The position numbers and the translations under genes were made by a program. Under the pieces are notes generated by a model. That model saw only the letters and a program-made list of their open reading frames with translations. It was not told where the DNA came from and did not search any database. From assembly GCF_036365525.1 (NCBI RefSeq), contig NC_090398.1:18716936-18780935 (forward strand): a stretch of 64,000 nucleotides of DNA, written 5' to 3'. The stretch comes from Heterodontus francisci. Taxonomy: Eukaryota. Shown piece by piece: positions 1-11,604 of this stretch (position 1 is its first letter; each line of letters opens with the position of its first letter).

Positions 1-1485
1 TATATGGACTTCCAGAAGGCATTTGATAAAGTCCCACATAACAGACTGTTAACTAATGTAGAACCCCATGGAGTTCAGGGCAAATTACATGGTTAGGAAG
101 TTGGTTGAGTGGTGGATGACAGAGAGTGGGGATAATGGGTAAGTACTCTGATTGGCAGGATGTGACTAGTGGTGTCCCACAGGGAACTGTGTTGGGGCCT
201 CAATTATTCACATTATTCATTAATGACTTGGATGATGGCATAGTGAGTCATATATCCAAATTTGTTGATGATACAAAGTTAGGTGGCATTGTAGACAGTC
301 TAGATGATAGCATAAAGTTGCAAGGAGATATTGACAGACTAGGTGAATGGACAAAACTGTGGCAGATGGATTTCAATGTGGGCAAGTGTGAGGTTATCCA
401 TTTTGGTCCAAAAATGAATAGCGCAGGGTACTTTCTAAATGGGAAGAGGTTAAGTACAGTCGATGTCCAAAGAGACTTGGGGGTTCAGGTGCATAGATCT
501 TTAAAATGCCACGAGCAAGTGCAGAAAGTATTCAAAAAGGAGAATGGAATGCTCACCTCTATATCTAGAGAACTGGAGTATAAAGACACAGAGGTTATGC
601 TGCAGCTGTACAAAACCCTGGTTAGACCCCACTTGGAGTACTGTGAGCAGTTCTGGGCACCACACCTTAGGAAGGATATATTGGCCTTGGAGGGAGTGCA
701 ACGTAGGTTTACAAGAATGATATCTGGACTACAGGGGTTAAGTTATGAGGAGAGATTACACAAATTAGGCCTATTTTTGCGAGAATTTAGAAGGTTAAGA
801 GGTGATCTGATTGAAGTCTTCAAAATATTAACAGGAAAAGCCAGGCTAGATAAAGATAAACTATTTCCACTGGTTGGAGAGTCTAAAAATTAGGACCAGA
901 CCATTCAGGAGAGATGTTCGGAAGTACTTTTATTTATTTTGATTTACAGATACAGCACTGAAACAGCCCCTTCAGTCCACCGAATCTGTGCCAACCATCA
1001 ACCACCCATTTATACGAATCCTACATTAATCCCATATTCCCTACCACATTCCCTCAATTCCCCTACCTACACTAGGGGCAATTTACAATGGCCAATTTAC
1101 CAATCAACCTGCAAATCTTTGGCTGTGGAAAGAAACTGGAGCATTCGTCAGAAACCCACACGGTCACAGTGAGAACTAGCAAACCCTGCACAGACAGTAC
1201 CCAAAATTGAACCCGGGTCGCTGGAGATGTGAGGCTGCAGTGCTAACCACTGCACCACTGTGCTGCCCAAAGGGTGGTAGAGGTGTGGAACTCTCTCCCA
1301 CAAACAGCAGTTAAAGCTGGAACAGTTGTGAATTTTAAATCTGAGATAAATAGATTTTTGTTAAGCAAAGATATTAAGGGATATGGGCCAAAGGCAGGTA
1401 TATGGAGTTAGGCCGCAGATCAGCCATGATCTCATTGAATGGCGGGACAGGCTTGAGGGGCTGAATGGCCTACTCCTGTTCCTAT
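1..1485 (+). mobile_element. CR1-clade LINE 3' part (RT C-terminus plus 3' UTR), interrupted by a V-SINE
   Basis: ORF 126..893 has [23 protein letters not shown] and LVRPHLEYC motifs; CR1 sequence resumes at ~1270 after the SINE. Confidence 0.93.
928..1268 (-). mobile_element. tRNA-derived V-SINE (HE1-like)
   Basis: Minus strand reads GGGCAGCACAGTGGTGCAGTGGTTAGCAC...GGGTTCAAT (A/B boxes), then a V-domain-like core and a CR1-like tail; further copies at 10.9, 39.6 and 55.8 kb. Confidence 0.85.
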
Positions 1486-1487
1486 CT

Positions 1488-1932
1488 TAGTAAGGAGGAC
1501 TTTGCAGGGTCGACAGGGTTGGGCTTGCCGTTATCGTTTCCGGTGTCTAGGTCGCTACTGGATGGTCCGTCCAGTTTAATTCTTTTTTATTGACTGCGTA
1601 GTGGTTAGATACAACTGAGTGACTTGCTGGGCCATTTCCGAGGGCATATAAGAGTCAACCACATTGCTGTGGGTCTGGACTCACATGTAGGTCAGACCAG
1701 ATACGGACAGCAGGTTTCCTTCCCTAAAAGGACATTTGTGAACCAGATGGGTTTTTACAACAATTGACACTGGTTCCATGGCCATCATTAGACTAGCTTT
1801 TAATTCCAAATTTATTAATTGAATTCAAATTCTACTTTCTGCTGTGGAGGATTTGAACCCATGTCACCAGAGTAATACCCTGGGGACACTGGGTTATTAG
1901 TCCAGTGACAAAATCAGTGCACCACCACCTCC
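1488..1932 (-). mobile_element. tRNA-headed SacSINE1/DeuSINE-like element
   Basis: Same head and core as the copies at 17635-18150 and 22761-23095 (GGGTTCAAATCC B box; ...cacagcaatgtggttgactctta...). Confidence 0.7.
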
Positions 1933-1939
1933 ACTACAA

Positions 1940-2140
1940 GTAAAGGTTGCAGTTTAGGGAATTGAAGGTAAATTATTGACTTGTTTAGGAACTGAACGAC
2001 AGGAGACAGAGAATAAGGATAATGGGCAGGTATTCTCATTAGCAGGATGTGACTAGTGATGTCCTGCAAGGATCTGTGTTGGGGGCCTGAACTATTCACT
2101 GTATTTATTAATGACTTCGCTGATGGGATAGAAAACCACA
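1940..2140 (+). mobile_element. degenerate CR1 RT fragment
   Basis: gtgactagtgatgtcctgcaaggatctgtgttgggg matches [12 protein letters not shown]. Confidence 0.75.
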
Positions 2141-2932
2141 GTGTAAGTACCCTGGGAAATTCCTATATTGGGTTTTCTTGCTAATTCATAAAAAAGCAAC
2201 TTTCATCCTATAACTGACTGTGCACTTTAATTTCATTGTTATACTGAATCATAGAATCATAGCAATAGTTTTAATCCTGTTTGTGAAATTCTCAGGATAA
2301 AAGTGGCTGAGATGTGACATGATGGGAAACTATGAATTGGGCCTTCATTGACCAAGTGTTTTATTGCTCCGCAATGTTTAAAAAGAAAAAAAACTGGTCA
2401 AAAGTAAATTCAACAGAGATCCAGTAGAGTGTGAAAACAGGTGGCCTGCTGTGTGAGAATTAAAAGATAAAAGACCTTCGCAGAATCTCAGAGGCCCAGG
2501 TATAGGTGATGCTGAGGCAAAATAACTGGGTACTGAGGCCACATCATTTTTATTGCTTTTGCCAGGCATTAACATTGGATTGTTTATGAGCTGACAGGAG
2601 TCCGCGAGGGGGAAGTCAGAGATTTTGACAGTCTGACCTGGCTTGGCTGCATAGAAGGTTACATGACATATTTGATAAATGGGCAGTTCACACAATAGCA
2701 AGGTCAGGATTGGGTTAAATCAGTCTCCATGGATTTTGCTATGACCAGAAAATATAAGAAGGGATTCCCTGAGCAGGGAGGGAGAATATTTTGGCCAGAG
2801 AAGGTTTGTCACATCCCACAGACAGGTCCTCGCAGAAGAATAGGCTGTCAGAGGGATCATATGTGCATGTATCGCATTGACTGGGAGCACAGTACCTGGA
2901 GCACGACCGGAGAACAGATACCTGGTAATTCC

Positions 2933-4275
2933 ACAAGAAATAGGAGCAGGGGTTAGATGATACAGCCCCTCGAGTCTCCTCTACCATTCAATACGATCAT
3001 GCCTGATCCTCGGCCTCAACTTTGCTTTCATGCCCACCCTGATATTCCTTGATTCCCTGAGAGACCAAACATCTATCTCAGCCTTAAAGATATTCAATGA
3101 TGGAGCATCCACAACCCTTTGGGGTAGAGAATGCCAAAGATTTACAACCCTTTGAATGAAGTAACTTCTCCTCATTACAGTGCTAACTGATCGGCCCCTT
3201 ATCGTGAAACTGGGACCCCGTGTTCTAGATTCCCCTGCCAGGGGAAAGAATCTCTCAGTACCAGCCTAACAAGCCCTTTCAGAATAATGTATGTTTCAAT
3301 GAGCTCATCTTTGATTATTCTAAATGCCAGAGAGGATAAACCAAATTTACTCAGCCTCTCACCATAGGACGACCCTCTCATCACAGGAACCTATCAAGTG
3401 AAACTTTGCTGTACCACCTCCAATGCAAGTATATTCTTCCTTATATATGGAGACCAAAATTACACACCCTGCTCCAAGTGTGATCTTACACAATTCCTAT
3501 ACAATTGTAGCAAGATTTCTTTACTGTTGTATTCCAATCCCCTTGAAATAAAGATTAACATGTCATTTGCCTTTCTAATTAGTTGCTGTACCTGTGTGCT
3601 AACTTTCTGCTTTCCTTGTACGAGTGCACCCAAGTCCCTCTGAAAATCAGCATTTACAAGTTTGGCATCTTTTATGCTTTTCTATTCTTACTACCAAAGT
3701 GAATAACCTCACACATTGTATTCCATCTGCTACCTTTATGCCCACTCATTTAACTTGTCTGGATCTCTTTGCAGCCTCTTTGTGTCCTCACAGCCTACAT
3801 TCCCACCTGGCTTTGTATTGTCATCAACCTTAGATACATTATTCTCAGTCTCTTTGTCTAAGTCATTAATATAAATTGTAAATATTGGAATCCCTCGCAC
3901 TGATCCTTGCAGCACTCCACTAGTCACAACCTGCCAAGTTGACAATGTCCAGTTTATTCTATTTCCTGCTTCCCTTCCGTTAACCAATCCTCTATCTGTA
4001 CTAATATATTACACCCAACTCCATGAGCTCTTATCTTGTGTATTAGTGTTTCGTGTGAACCTATTAGTTACATCCACAAAAAACTCTAACAAATTTCTCA
4101 AACATGATTTCCCTTTTGTAAAGCCATGTAGACTTTGTCTGATCATACTATTATTTTCCAAGTGTATTGTTAAGACGTTCTTAATAACAGATTTTATCAT
4201 TTTCCTGATGACTAGTGTCAGGCTAACTGGCCTGCATTTCCCTGTTTTCTCTCCCTCCTTTCTGAACAGCAGTGT
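2933..4275 (-). mobile_element. degenerate CR1 LINE (RT to 3' tail)
   Basis: Minus-strand ORF fragments CRPVSLT...HGFTKGKSCL, VTSGVLQGSV and QRVVNLW. Confidence 0.9.
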
Positions 4276-4289
4276 TATATTTAAGAATT

Positions 4290-4972
4290 GATGAAAATAG
4301 AGACATGTCAAAGTTTTTCATCTTGCACTCATCAGGACAACACACAAAAATAACCAATGTAAGGGAACACAACAACGTATAAGGCATGAGAAGAGAGTAC
4401 TGCTTGGTTGGCAAGTGAACTCTAATTGGTAGAGGTGTTTCCGTGGAGAATGCACCAGTTTACGGTGACTGACAGTTAACTGCTGAGCTTTATTTGAAAT
4501 TTAAACCAAGCAGCTTGACTCTGATTGGTCAAGACATTGCCCTGAGGAATAAACCAGCGACTGGCTGTCACTTATTTTGTTCAGCTGAAACAGGTGCAAT
4601 GTGTGTCCATGTTCTTTCTGTCTGCAGAGAACAGGGCCCTGTGTATTAATATATGTAGCTGTCAGTACATGCACACGAGCCACACTGCGAGCCCTACTGA
4701 CAATCTTAAATTGGTTGTTAGGTTAATTCTTAGTCCACTGCGGATAATTTAGCAAATGTTGTCCAATCATGGAATCACATCTAATGTTGGACACTGTGTT
4801 TTGATTTTTGCAAGCATTGGCTGTTTGGGTACGGCCTGTACCTTGCCCATTGCAAATAGAGGAAGGGACATGTTGTTTTACACGATCCGCTAGTCTTTGG
4901 GACGTATAGCCTATATACCCAGCATCACACTGGCATTGAAATTCATATATCACATTACTCATCTGTGTGAGT
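4290..4972 (-). mobile_element. Penelope-like element family B, 3' fragment (GIY-YIG endonuclease plus terminal repeat)
   Basis: ORF 4723..4962 reads NVIYEFQCQCDAGYIGYTSQRLADRVKQH (GIY-YIG); paralogous to 51430-52310; hammerhead-like CTGATGA..GAAA near 4315-4335 on the minus strand. Confidence 0.8.
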
Positions 4973-5234
4973 ACTATGTTATTACTTTTACGATGAGATT
5001 ACTAATCAGCACTGCCTCATTGCGCTTCTACACAGGGCATAATGGTAATGCTGTTGTGCTTTGATACTGCTGCTCAGACATTAGCATGTAGCAAGTCTAA
5101 CTTATCCTGAATAAAATATAACCACTAGCACCAATAAATAAAATTATCACTTTGTATCATTTACGAAGGGGCGAAAAGATTAATTGATTTTGTTACCCCC
5201 AGTTCCAAAAACAGCCAACATTATTAATGGCACA

Positions 5235-6660
5235 ATGATAGGTGGCATTGTGAGCAGTGTAGGTAGTAATATAAAATTACAAAGAGATATTAATTGATTA
5301 TGTCAGTAGGCAAACTCTGGAAAGTAGATTTCAATGTAGGGAAGTGTTTGGTGTCACCCACTTTGGACCTAAAGAGGATAGAACAGATATTTTATAAATG
5401 GTGAATAGCTAGAAACAGTTAAGGACCAAAGAGACTTGGAGATCGATGTACATAGATCATTAAAATGTCATGAACAGTACAGAAAATAATCAAAAGAGCC
5501 AAACAAATGCTAGCCTTTATATTGTGAGAACTAGAATATAGGGGGCTATACAAAGTCCTGGTTAGATCACACCTGGAATATGATGAGCAGTTCTGGGCAC
5601 CACACCTTAGGAAGGATATATTGGTCTTGGAGAGAGTGTAGGGTAGATTTACCAGAATGATACTTTTGATCCAAGTTTAAATGACGAGGAGAAACTACAC
5701 GAACTGTGGTTGCATTTCTTGGAATTTCACAGGTTGTGGGGGGATTTGATAGAAGTTTTCAAGAGATGAAGTGGAACTGATTGGATAGTTGGAAATTCTT
5801 TCTGCTGGTTGGGAGTCTAGGATTAGGGGACATAGTCTAAAAATTAGAGCCAGAACCTTCAGGGCTGAAATTAAGAAACAATTCTACACACAGAGGGTGG
5901 TAGAGGTTTCGAACTCCCTTCCACAAACAGCAATTCATAATAAATCAATGATTAATTTTAAAACTGAGACAGAGAGGCTTTTGTTATCCAAAGGTATTAA
6001 GGAATATGGGGCAAGGGCAGGCATATAGAGTTCATAGAGTCACTTATGACACAGAAGGAGGCCATTTGGCCCATTGAATCAATGGAGCTAGGTTGTAAAT
6101 GAAGCATTTACCAGATTGGTTCCAGGGATTTTAGTTACAAGGTTAGGTTGGGAAAGCTGGGCTGTTCTGAAGCATTTACCAGATTGGTTCCAGGGATTTT
6201 AGTTACAAGGTTAGGTTGGGAAAGCTGGGCTGTTCTCCCTGGAGCTTGAGGGGAGATTTGATAGAGGTGTACAAGATTATGACAGGCTTAAATAAATTAG
6301 GCAAAACTGTTCCCATTAACTGATGATACAAGGACTGGGGGGAACAAATTGAAGATTTGGGGCAAGAATGTGAGGAAGAACTTTTTTCTGCAATGACCTG
6401 GAACTCGTTGCCCAAAAGGGTGAAGGAATCTGAGACACTCAATGATTTCAAAGGAAATTAAATGGCCACTTGTAGGAAATAGACTTCCAGGGCTACAGGG
6501 ATTGAGCCAGGGAGTGGGACTGACTGGATCGCTCTGTCAAGAACCGGCATGGACTCGACGGGCCGAATGGCCTCCTTCTGTGTCATAAATGACTCTATGA
6601 CCTCACTGAATTTTGAAACAGGCTCAAGAGACTAAATGACCTACTGCTGTTCCTTTCATT
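5235..6660 (+). mobile_element. nested degenerate CR1 3' fragments
   Basis: CR1 RT C-terminus (RGHSLKIR..FYTQRVV); a second CR1 3' piece at ~6090-6600 contains a 68-bp tandem duplication (6101-6236). Confidence 0.85.
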
Positions 6661-6699
6661 CCCTCTATACCTGGTCATCTCATTGGCCTGTCTACTATT

Positions 6700-7320
6700 G
6701 TCTCAACAACAAATAAAGTCATCTTCAATCACTTCCGCCTTTCCCTCACAACTCACTTCCAACACCACTTCTTCTTGTGCCTGCCACTGCACCAAACTCT
6801 CCCCTCAGTAATTTACTATTATAATTTTTAGTTGCCAACTATCTAACCATCAGATCCCCTTTTGTCATGATATTCCTATTGCTGTCAATCTGCCCCTCCC
6901 CCAATGATGACCTGGATCCCAGTAAATTCTTTCTGGTCCAACCTCCATTTTAGACAATTCAAAGCCGTACAGACGTTAACGTATCTGGTGGACAACTAGT
7001 TCAACCATCCATCAACAGATCTGACTGAACCACATCAAGCACTACAGGACCCTGCTCTCTGTCAAACCTATTCATTATTCCAGCAGCATCCTGAATTACA
7101 GTTCACTGTTACAGGATGATCATAGCAAGTAAAGATAACCCTTCTTATTTTCTCCACTGCAAACTTAAACACTTTAAACTCTGTTCCTCCACTCACATCA
7201 CTCTCACCTCCCACAAGAAATGTTCTTAGACTCAGTGTCGATATTTATCTGATTCAGCTTCTGTGAAGCACCTTTGGATGTTTCATTATGTTAAAGGGGC
7301 TTTGTAAATATAAGCTGTTG
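6700..7320 (+). mobile_element. old L2-like LINE remnants
   Basis: Pyrimidine-rich decayed sequence ending in the L2-type tail ctgtgaagcacctttggatgtttcattatgttaaagg. Confidence 0.5.
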
Positions 7321-7321
7321 C

Positions 7322-8510
7322 TGTCTTTGAACTTATTACTTTTATTCTTGATTAATGAGAATATACTTGGAAATGTGTTCCTGTGTTTCCATTTTGCGGC
7401 AGTCCAAGAACTTCAGTTCCAGCAGTCTAATGTGAAATGGAGCTGACCATTCTGCTGAATCACAGTCCCACTTCCCCAAACTGACAAGTAGAACATAGAA
7501 CATAGAACAGTACAGCACAGTACAGGCCCTTCGGCCCAAGATGTTGTGCCAAACCTTTAACCTACTCTAGGATCAAACTACCTACATACCCTTCATACTA
7601 CTATCATCCATGTACCTATCCAAGAGTCGCTTAAATGTCCCTAATGTATCTGCTTCTACTACCACCGCTGGCAGTGCATTCCACGCACCCACCACTCTCT
7701 GTGTAAAGAACCTACCTCTGACATCTCCCCGAAACCTTCCTCCAATCACCTTAAAATTATGCCCCCTGGTGATAGCCCTTTCCGCCCTGGGAAAAAGTCT
7801 CTGGCTATCCACTCTATCTATGCCTCTCATCATCTTGTACCCCTCTATCAAGTCACCTCTCATCCTTCTTTGCTCCAATGAGAAAAACCCTAGCGCCCTC
7901 AACCTTTCTTCGTAGGACATGCCCTCCAGTCCAGGCAGCATCCTGGTAAATCTCCTCTGTACCCTCGCCAAAGCTTCCACATCCTTCCGATAATGAGGCG
8001 ACCAGAACTGAACACAATATTCCAAGTGTGGTCTAACCAGGGCTTTATAGAGCTGCAGCATAACCTCGCGGCTCTTAAACTCAATCCCCCTGTTAATGAA
8101 AGCCAACACATCGTACGCTTTCTTAACAACCCTATCAACTTGGGTGGCAACTTTGAGCAATCTATGGACATGGACTGCAAGATCCCTCTGTTCCTCCACA
8201 CTACCAAGAATAGACCCAGAGTCCTATTCCATTATTCCAATTGGGATATTCAGAGGACCAGCCTGCTTTGGAAACTTTATTTTCAATTAAATGTTTTGAA
8301 CCCAGAACACTCAGCTCAGAGCATCCAGGGAGCCCCAGAGGCAGGAGTTGCAACAGGAGATCGCTCGTCTCTGCCGACCAGCAGCTACATCCCAAGATCC
8401 AACTCCTAGCTTTTTAACTGCAGCAGCTTTAATGTAGAGTATTCTAGCTGGAATTACGGTGACTGCTGGCACCAGACTTACCCTCCAATAGATCCTCATT
8501 AAAGGATTTA
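7322..8510 (-). pseudogene. 18S rRNA pseudogene fragment (about 0.5 kb of 18S), split by a CR1 insertion
   Basis: Minus strand of 8206-8510 reads TAAATCCTTTAATGAGGATCTATTGGAGGGTAAGTCTGGTGCCAGCAG...TTAAAAAGCTAGGAGTTGGATCTTGGG...GGAATAATGGAATAGGAC; 7322-7492 continues with GAAGTTCTTGGAC...CATTAATCAAGAA. Both match conserved 18S blocks in colinear order. Confidence 0.88.
7489..8210 (-). mobile_element. young 5'-truncated CR1 LINE
   Basis: Uninterrupted ORF 7582..8199 (LVRPHLEYCVQFWSPHY) and a (TTCTATG)n tail at 7489-7510. Confidence 0.95.
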
Positions 8511-8511
8511 C

Positions 8512-11500
8512 TGACAGATCATAGAGTCACAGCGATAAACACCGCAGGTAAGGATGTGCCCCATCAGACCGAGAGCCCGGGAGAAAGGATGCAGCATGGG
8601 GCAGGGAGTGTGATAACCTCACACACCATCCCCATTAAACTGCTTGGTCTGGACAAATAGTTTTGTTTTTATATTCTTCACAAAGATGTACCGACACCTT
8701 CATCTGTTGTCAAGGTTTTTTCACTGTCTTGAGAGATATTTTATTTTGCTCTGTGTTTGTTCTGCGGTCAAAGCTGATTTCTCTGAGTTGGTCCCAGAAT
8801 TCAGTCTCGTTAAGTTTCAGCTGTGTTCCACTTGTTAAAATGGAGGAGCGAGATCATGTGGGACAGCTACTTGAATGGGTCCAGCTACGGGACCCAGGGA
8901 CTGCCTTTTTCAGCCTGCCTGAATTTAAAACTGGAGCAGTTGAGGGTACATCTTGTTCCAAAACCACAGCTGCCTTGGGCAGAACCAGAGCTGCATTCAA
9001 GCTGCATTGACTGCACTATAAGGCCTTCCAGAAAGAAAGGTTCAAGCAGAGAGAAAGGCGAGGCAGTTGGAGGCTGCCAGGGAAAATCTCTCTTCACCCA
9101 GTAACCGCCAAATCTCCCTAACCCAGAATCAGGCTTTGAGACATTTAAGTATGCCAAGTTCATACAAAAAAATTGAAGAGAGTGAGATAGAATCCTTTGT
9201 TGTCACTTTTGAGAAGGTAGTGGGACAGCTACGATGGCCACAAGAAATGTGGACCCTCATAACTCAGGGTCAGTTAACAGGGACGGCTCAAGAGGTCTAT
9301 TCAATGCTGATTCCTGACATGTCTGTTAATTATGAGCAGATCAAAGCTGCACAAGTGGTTCCAGAGGCATATCGCCAGCAATTCAGGAATGCTAAAAAAA
9401 AAAGTCCCATGCAGAGTTATCTGAATTCGACAGGCTGAAGCAAACCCCTTAGTCCGGTGGTCCAGTCTGTAAAAATACAGCACACCTATGAGAAATGACG
9501 TGAGATAATATTGCTGGAGGAATTCAAAAATTGCCCACCACCCCCCCCCCCCCCAACCTAAGAATGCACTTTGAGGAGCTGAGAGTCTGCACAGCAAGAG
9601 AGGCTGCAGTCGATGCCAATAGCTATGAACTCACACATAGTCCTGGCAACTCAGGCAGATCCTTCCAAAGCCACCCCCCAAAACTGTGGGTGCATGAGAA
9701 GGGAGAGTGGGATAGAAAGGGAGCCACACCTGGAAAGGGGAGTCCACCCCAAGCCCACAAAGAGAAACCCCAGAGACCAGTGTGTTCCCACTGAAACAAA
9801 GTGGGTCACTCCAAACTAGAATGCTGGAGGCTAAAAGGAAAGCCAGTGGGTCTAATAGGTCTCTGCAAGGGAGGTCCCAAGGAGGAGAACCCAGTAAGGA
9901 TCATAGCAGGACCAGCAGAGGACCTCACTGTAGAGCCTAGACCGTCTGAGGGTATTACCCTATGCATTGCTGGACCAAACAAAATCCCCGAGAATTACTG
10001 GTGTTTTGTCCTTGCAGGAACCATGCCCCCTTAGCCTTCCCAGGAGATTATCAAGTCCATTGTACTGCTCAGGGATACAGGGGCCACTCAGTCCTTAATG
10101 TTAGAGAATAGCCTAAGCCTCCCACATGAAACCTCCATGAAAGACAAGGCCCTGATCAGTGCAGTGGGAAGAGGACACCTGTCTGTTCCTTTCCATCAGG
10201 TTCACCTATAGTGTGACCTAGTCTCAGGTCCCATAATCGTAGGAATTGTCCCAGAGTTACCAGTAGCAGGGATAGACTTCCTAGTAGGGAATGACTCAGC
10301 TGGCAGCAAGATAATAGCAACCACTATAATCTCAGACCAGACCAGCGAAACCAGGGAAACCGAACAACTACAAGAAGTAGTACCAGGGATCTTCCCCAAT
10401 TGTGTAGTGACTCGGTCCCAAGCCAGACAAGCCAGATTAGTTGAAAGGGATTCTGTGCCCCAGCTGGATGAGCCGGAGGCCTGATTAGCTGAAACTTTCT
10501 TCAAGGACCTGCCCGAAATGGAGGAGGTGCTTAGCCGAGCCTCCCTATTTAATACTCAGATGGCAGACCCTGAAATAAAACATATAGCACAGACTGTTTG
10601 TTCTGAGGTAAAGGCCACCAAGATCCCTGAGTGTTATTATGTATGTGATGGGGTAGTAATGCGGAAGTGGAAACCCGCGGAGGAGGTATGGACAGTGCTC
10701 CACCAGATTTCAGTGGCCCCAAAATACCAGCTAGACATTTTAAGGATATCCATTGCTGCTCCAATGGCTGGAGATGTGGGTATTTGGAAAACTTTAGCCC
10801 GAGTAAGCAAACTCTTTAACTGGCCTCGCCTCTGGTCCGATAATTATAAAACCTGCCATGTCATAGAGAGATACAGCACTGAAATAGGCCCTTCGGCCCA
10901 CCAGGTCTGTGCCGACCATCAAACACCCATTTATACTAATCCTACATTAATCCTATTTCCCTGTCACATCCCCAACTTCCTTCAATTCTCCTACCACTTA
11001 CCATTTACAATGGCCAATTTACCTAACAACCCACAAGTCTTTGGCATGTGGGAGAAAACCCACACAGTCACAGGGAGAACTTGCAAACTCCGCACAGGCA
11101 GTACCCAGAACCAAAGTCAGGTCACGGGAGCTGTGAGGCTGCAGTGCTAACCACTGCACCACTGTGCCGCCCACATTGCAGGCATACCCCAGGCCACAAT
11201 TAAACTGGCCCCCCTCAAACCCATTCCGGTGTTCCGTGAACCCTTTGATCGAATATTGATAGACTGTGTGGGGTCACTACCAAAAATCAAAACCGGCTAT
11301 CAATACCTCCTCACCATAATGGACTTAGCCACCCGATTCCCCAAAGTCATAGCTCTCAGGAAAATCACAGTTTAGGCTGTGATCAAAGGAGTAATCCAGG
11401 TCTGCCGAGGGAGATTTAATCAGAGCAGGAATCTAACTTCATGCCCAGAGTGTTTCAGGAAGTTGTATATGGCTTAGGAATCACTGAAGTCCTCAGTGTA

Positions 11501-11600
11501 TCACCCTCAGTCTCAGGGAGCACTAGAGAGGTATCACCAGACCCTGAAAACCATGATTTGGATTTACTGCTCTGAGTATCCACATGACTGGGACAAAGAT
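8512..11600 (+). mobile_element. decayed Gmr1-like Gypsy LTR retrotransposon (putative LTR, gag with SCAN-like domain, zinc knuckle, protease, integrase)
   Basis: Frameshifted motifs: FEKV..LRWPQEMW, EAYRQQFR, IILLEEFKNC, CSH*NKVGHSKLECW, LLRDTGATQSL, then integrase EPFDRILIDCVGSLPK..YLLTIMDLATRFP directly after the protease. Possible LTR ~8512-8836 followed by a TGG-starting PBS-like sequence. Confidence 0.85.
10862..11172 (-). mobile_element. V-SINE inserted in the integrase region
   Basis: Same family as 928-1268; it interrupts the integrase right after KTCH. Confidence 0.85.
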
Positions 11601-11604
11601 TTAT

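Noticed and set aside
2160-2930. Short ORFs 2378..2701 and 2729..2956
   Set aside because: No recognisable domain or splice structure; probably old unclassified repeat or intergenic DNA.
7489-8510. 18S-CR1 template-switch chimera
   Set aside because: 18S continues on the other side of the CR1 and is much more decayed, so this is an insertion into a pre-existing pseudogene.
10518-11150. 210-aa ORF as a novel gene
   Set aside because: Chance read-through from integrase sequence into an antisense SINE.
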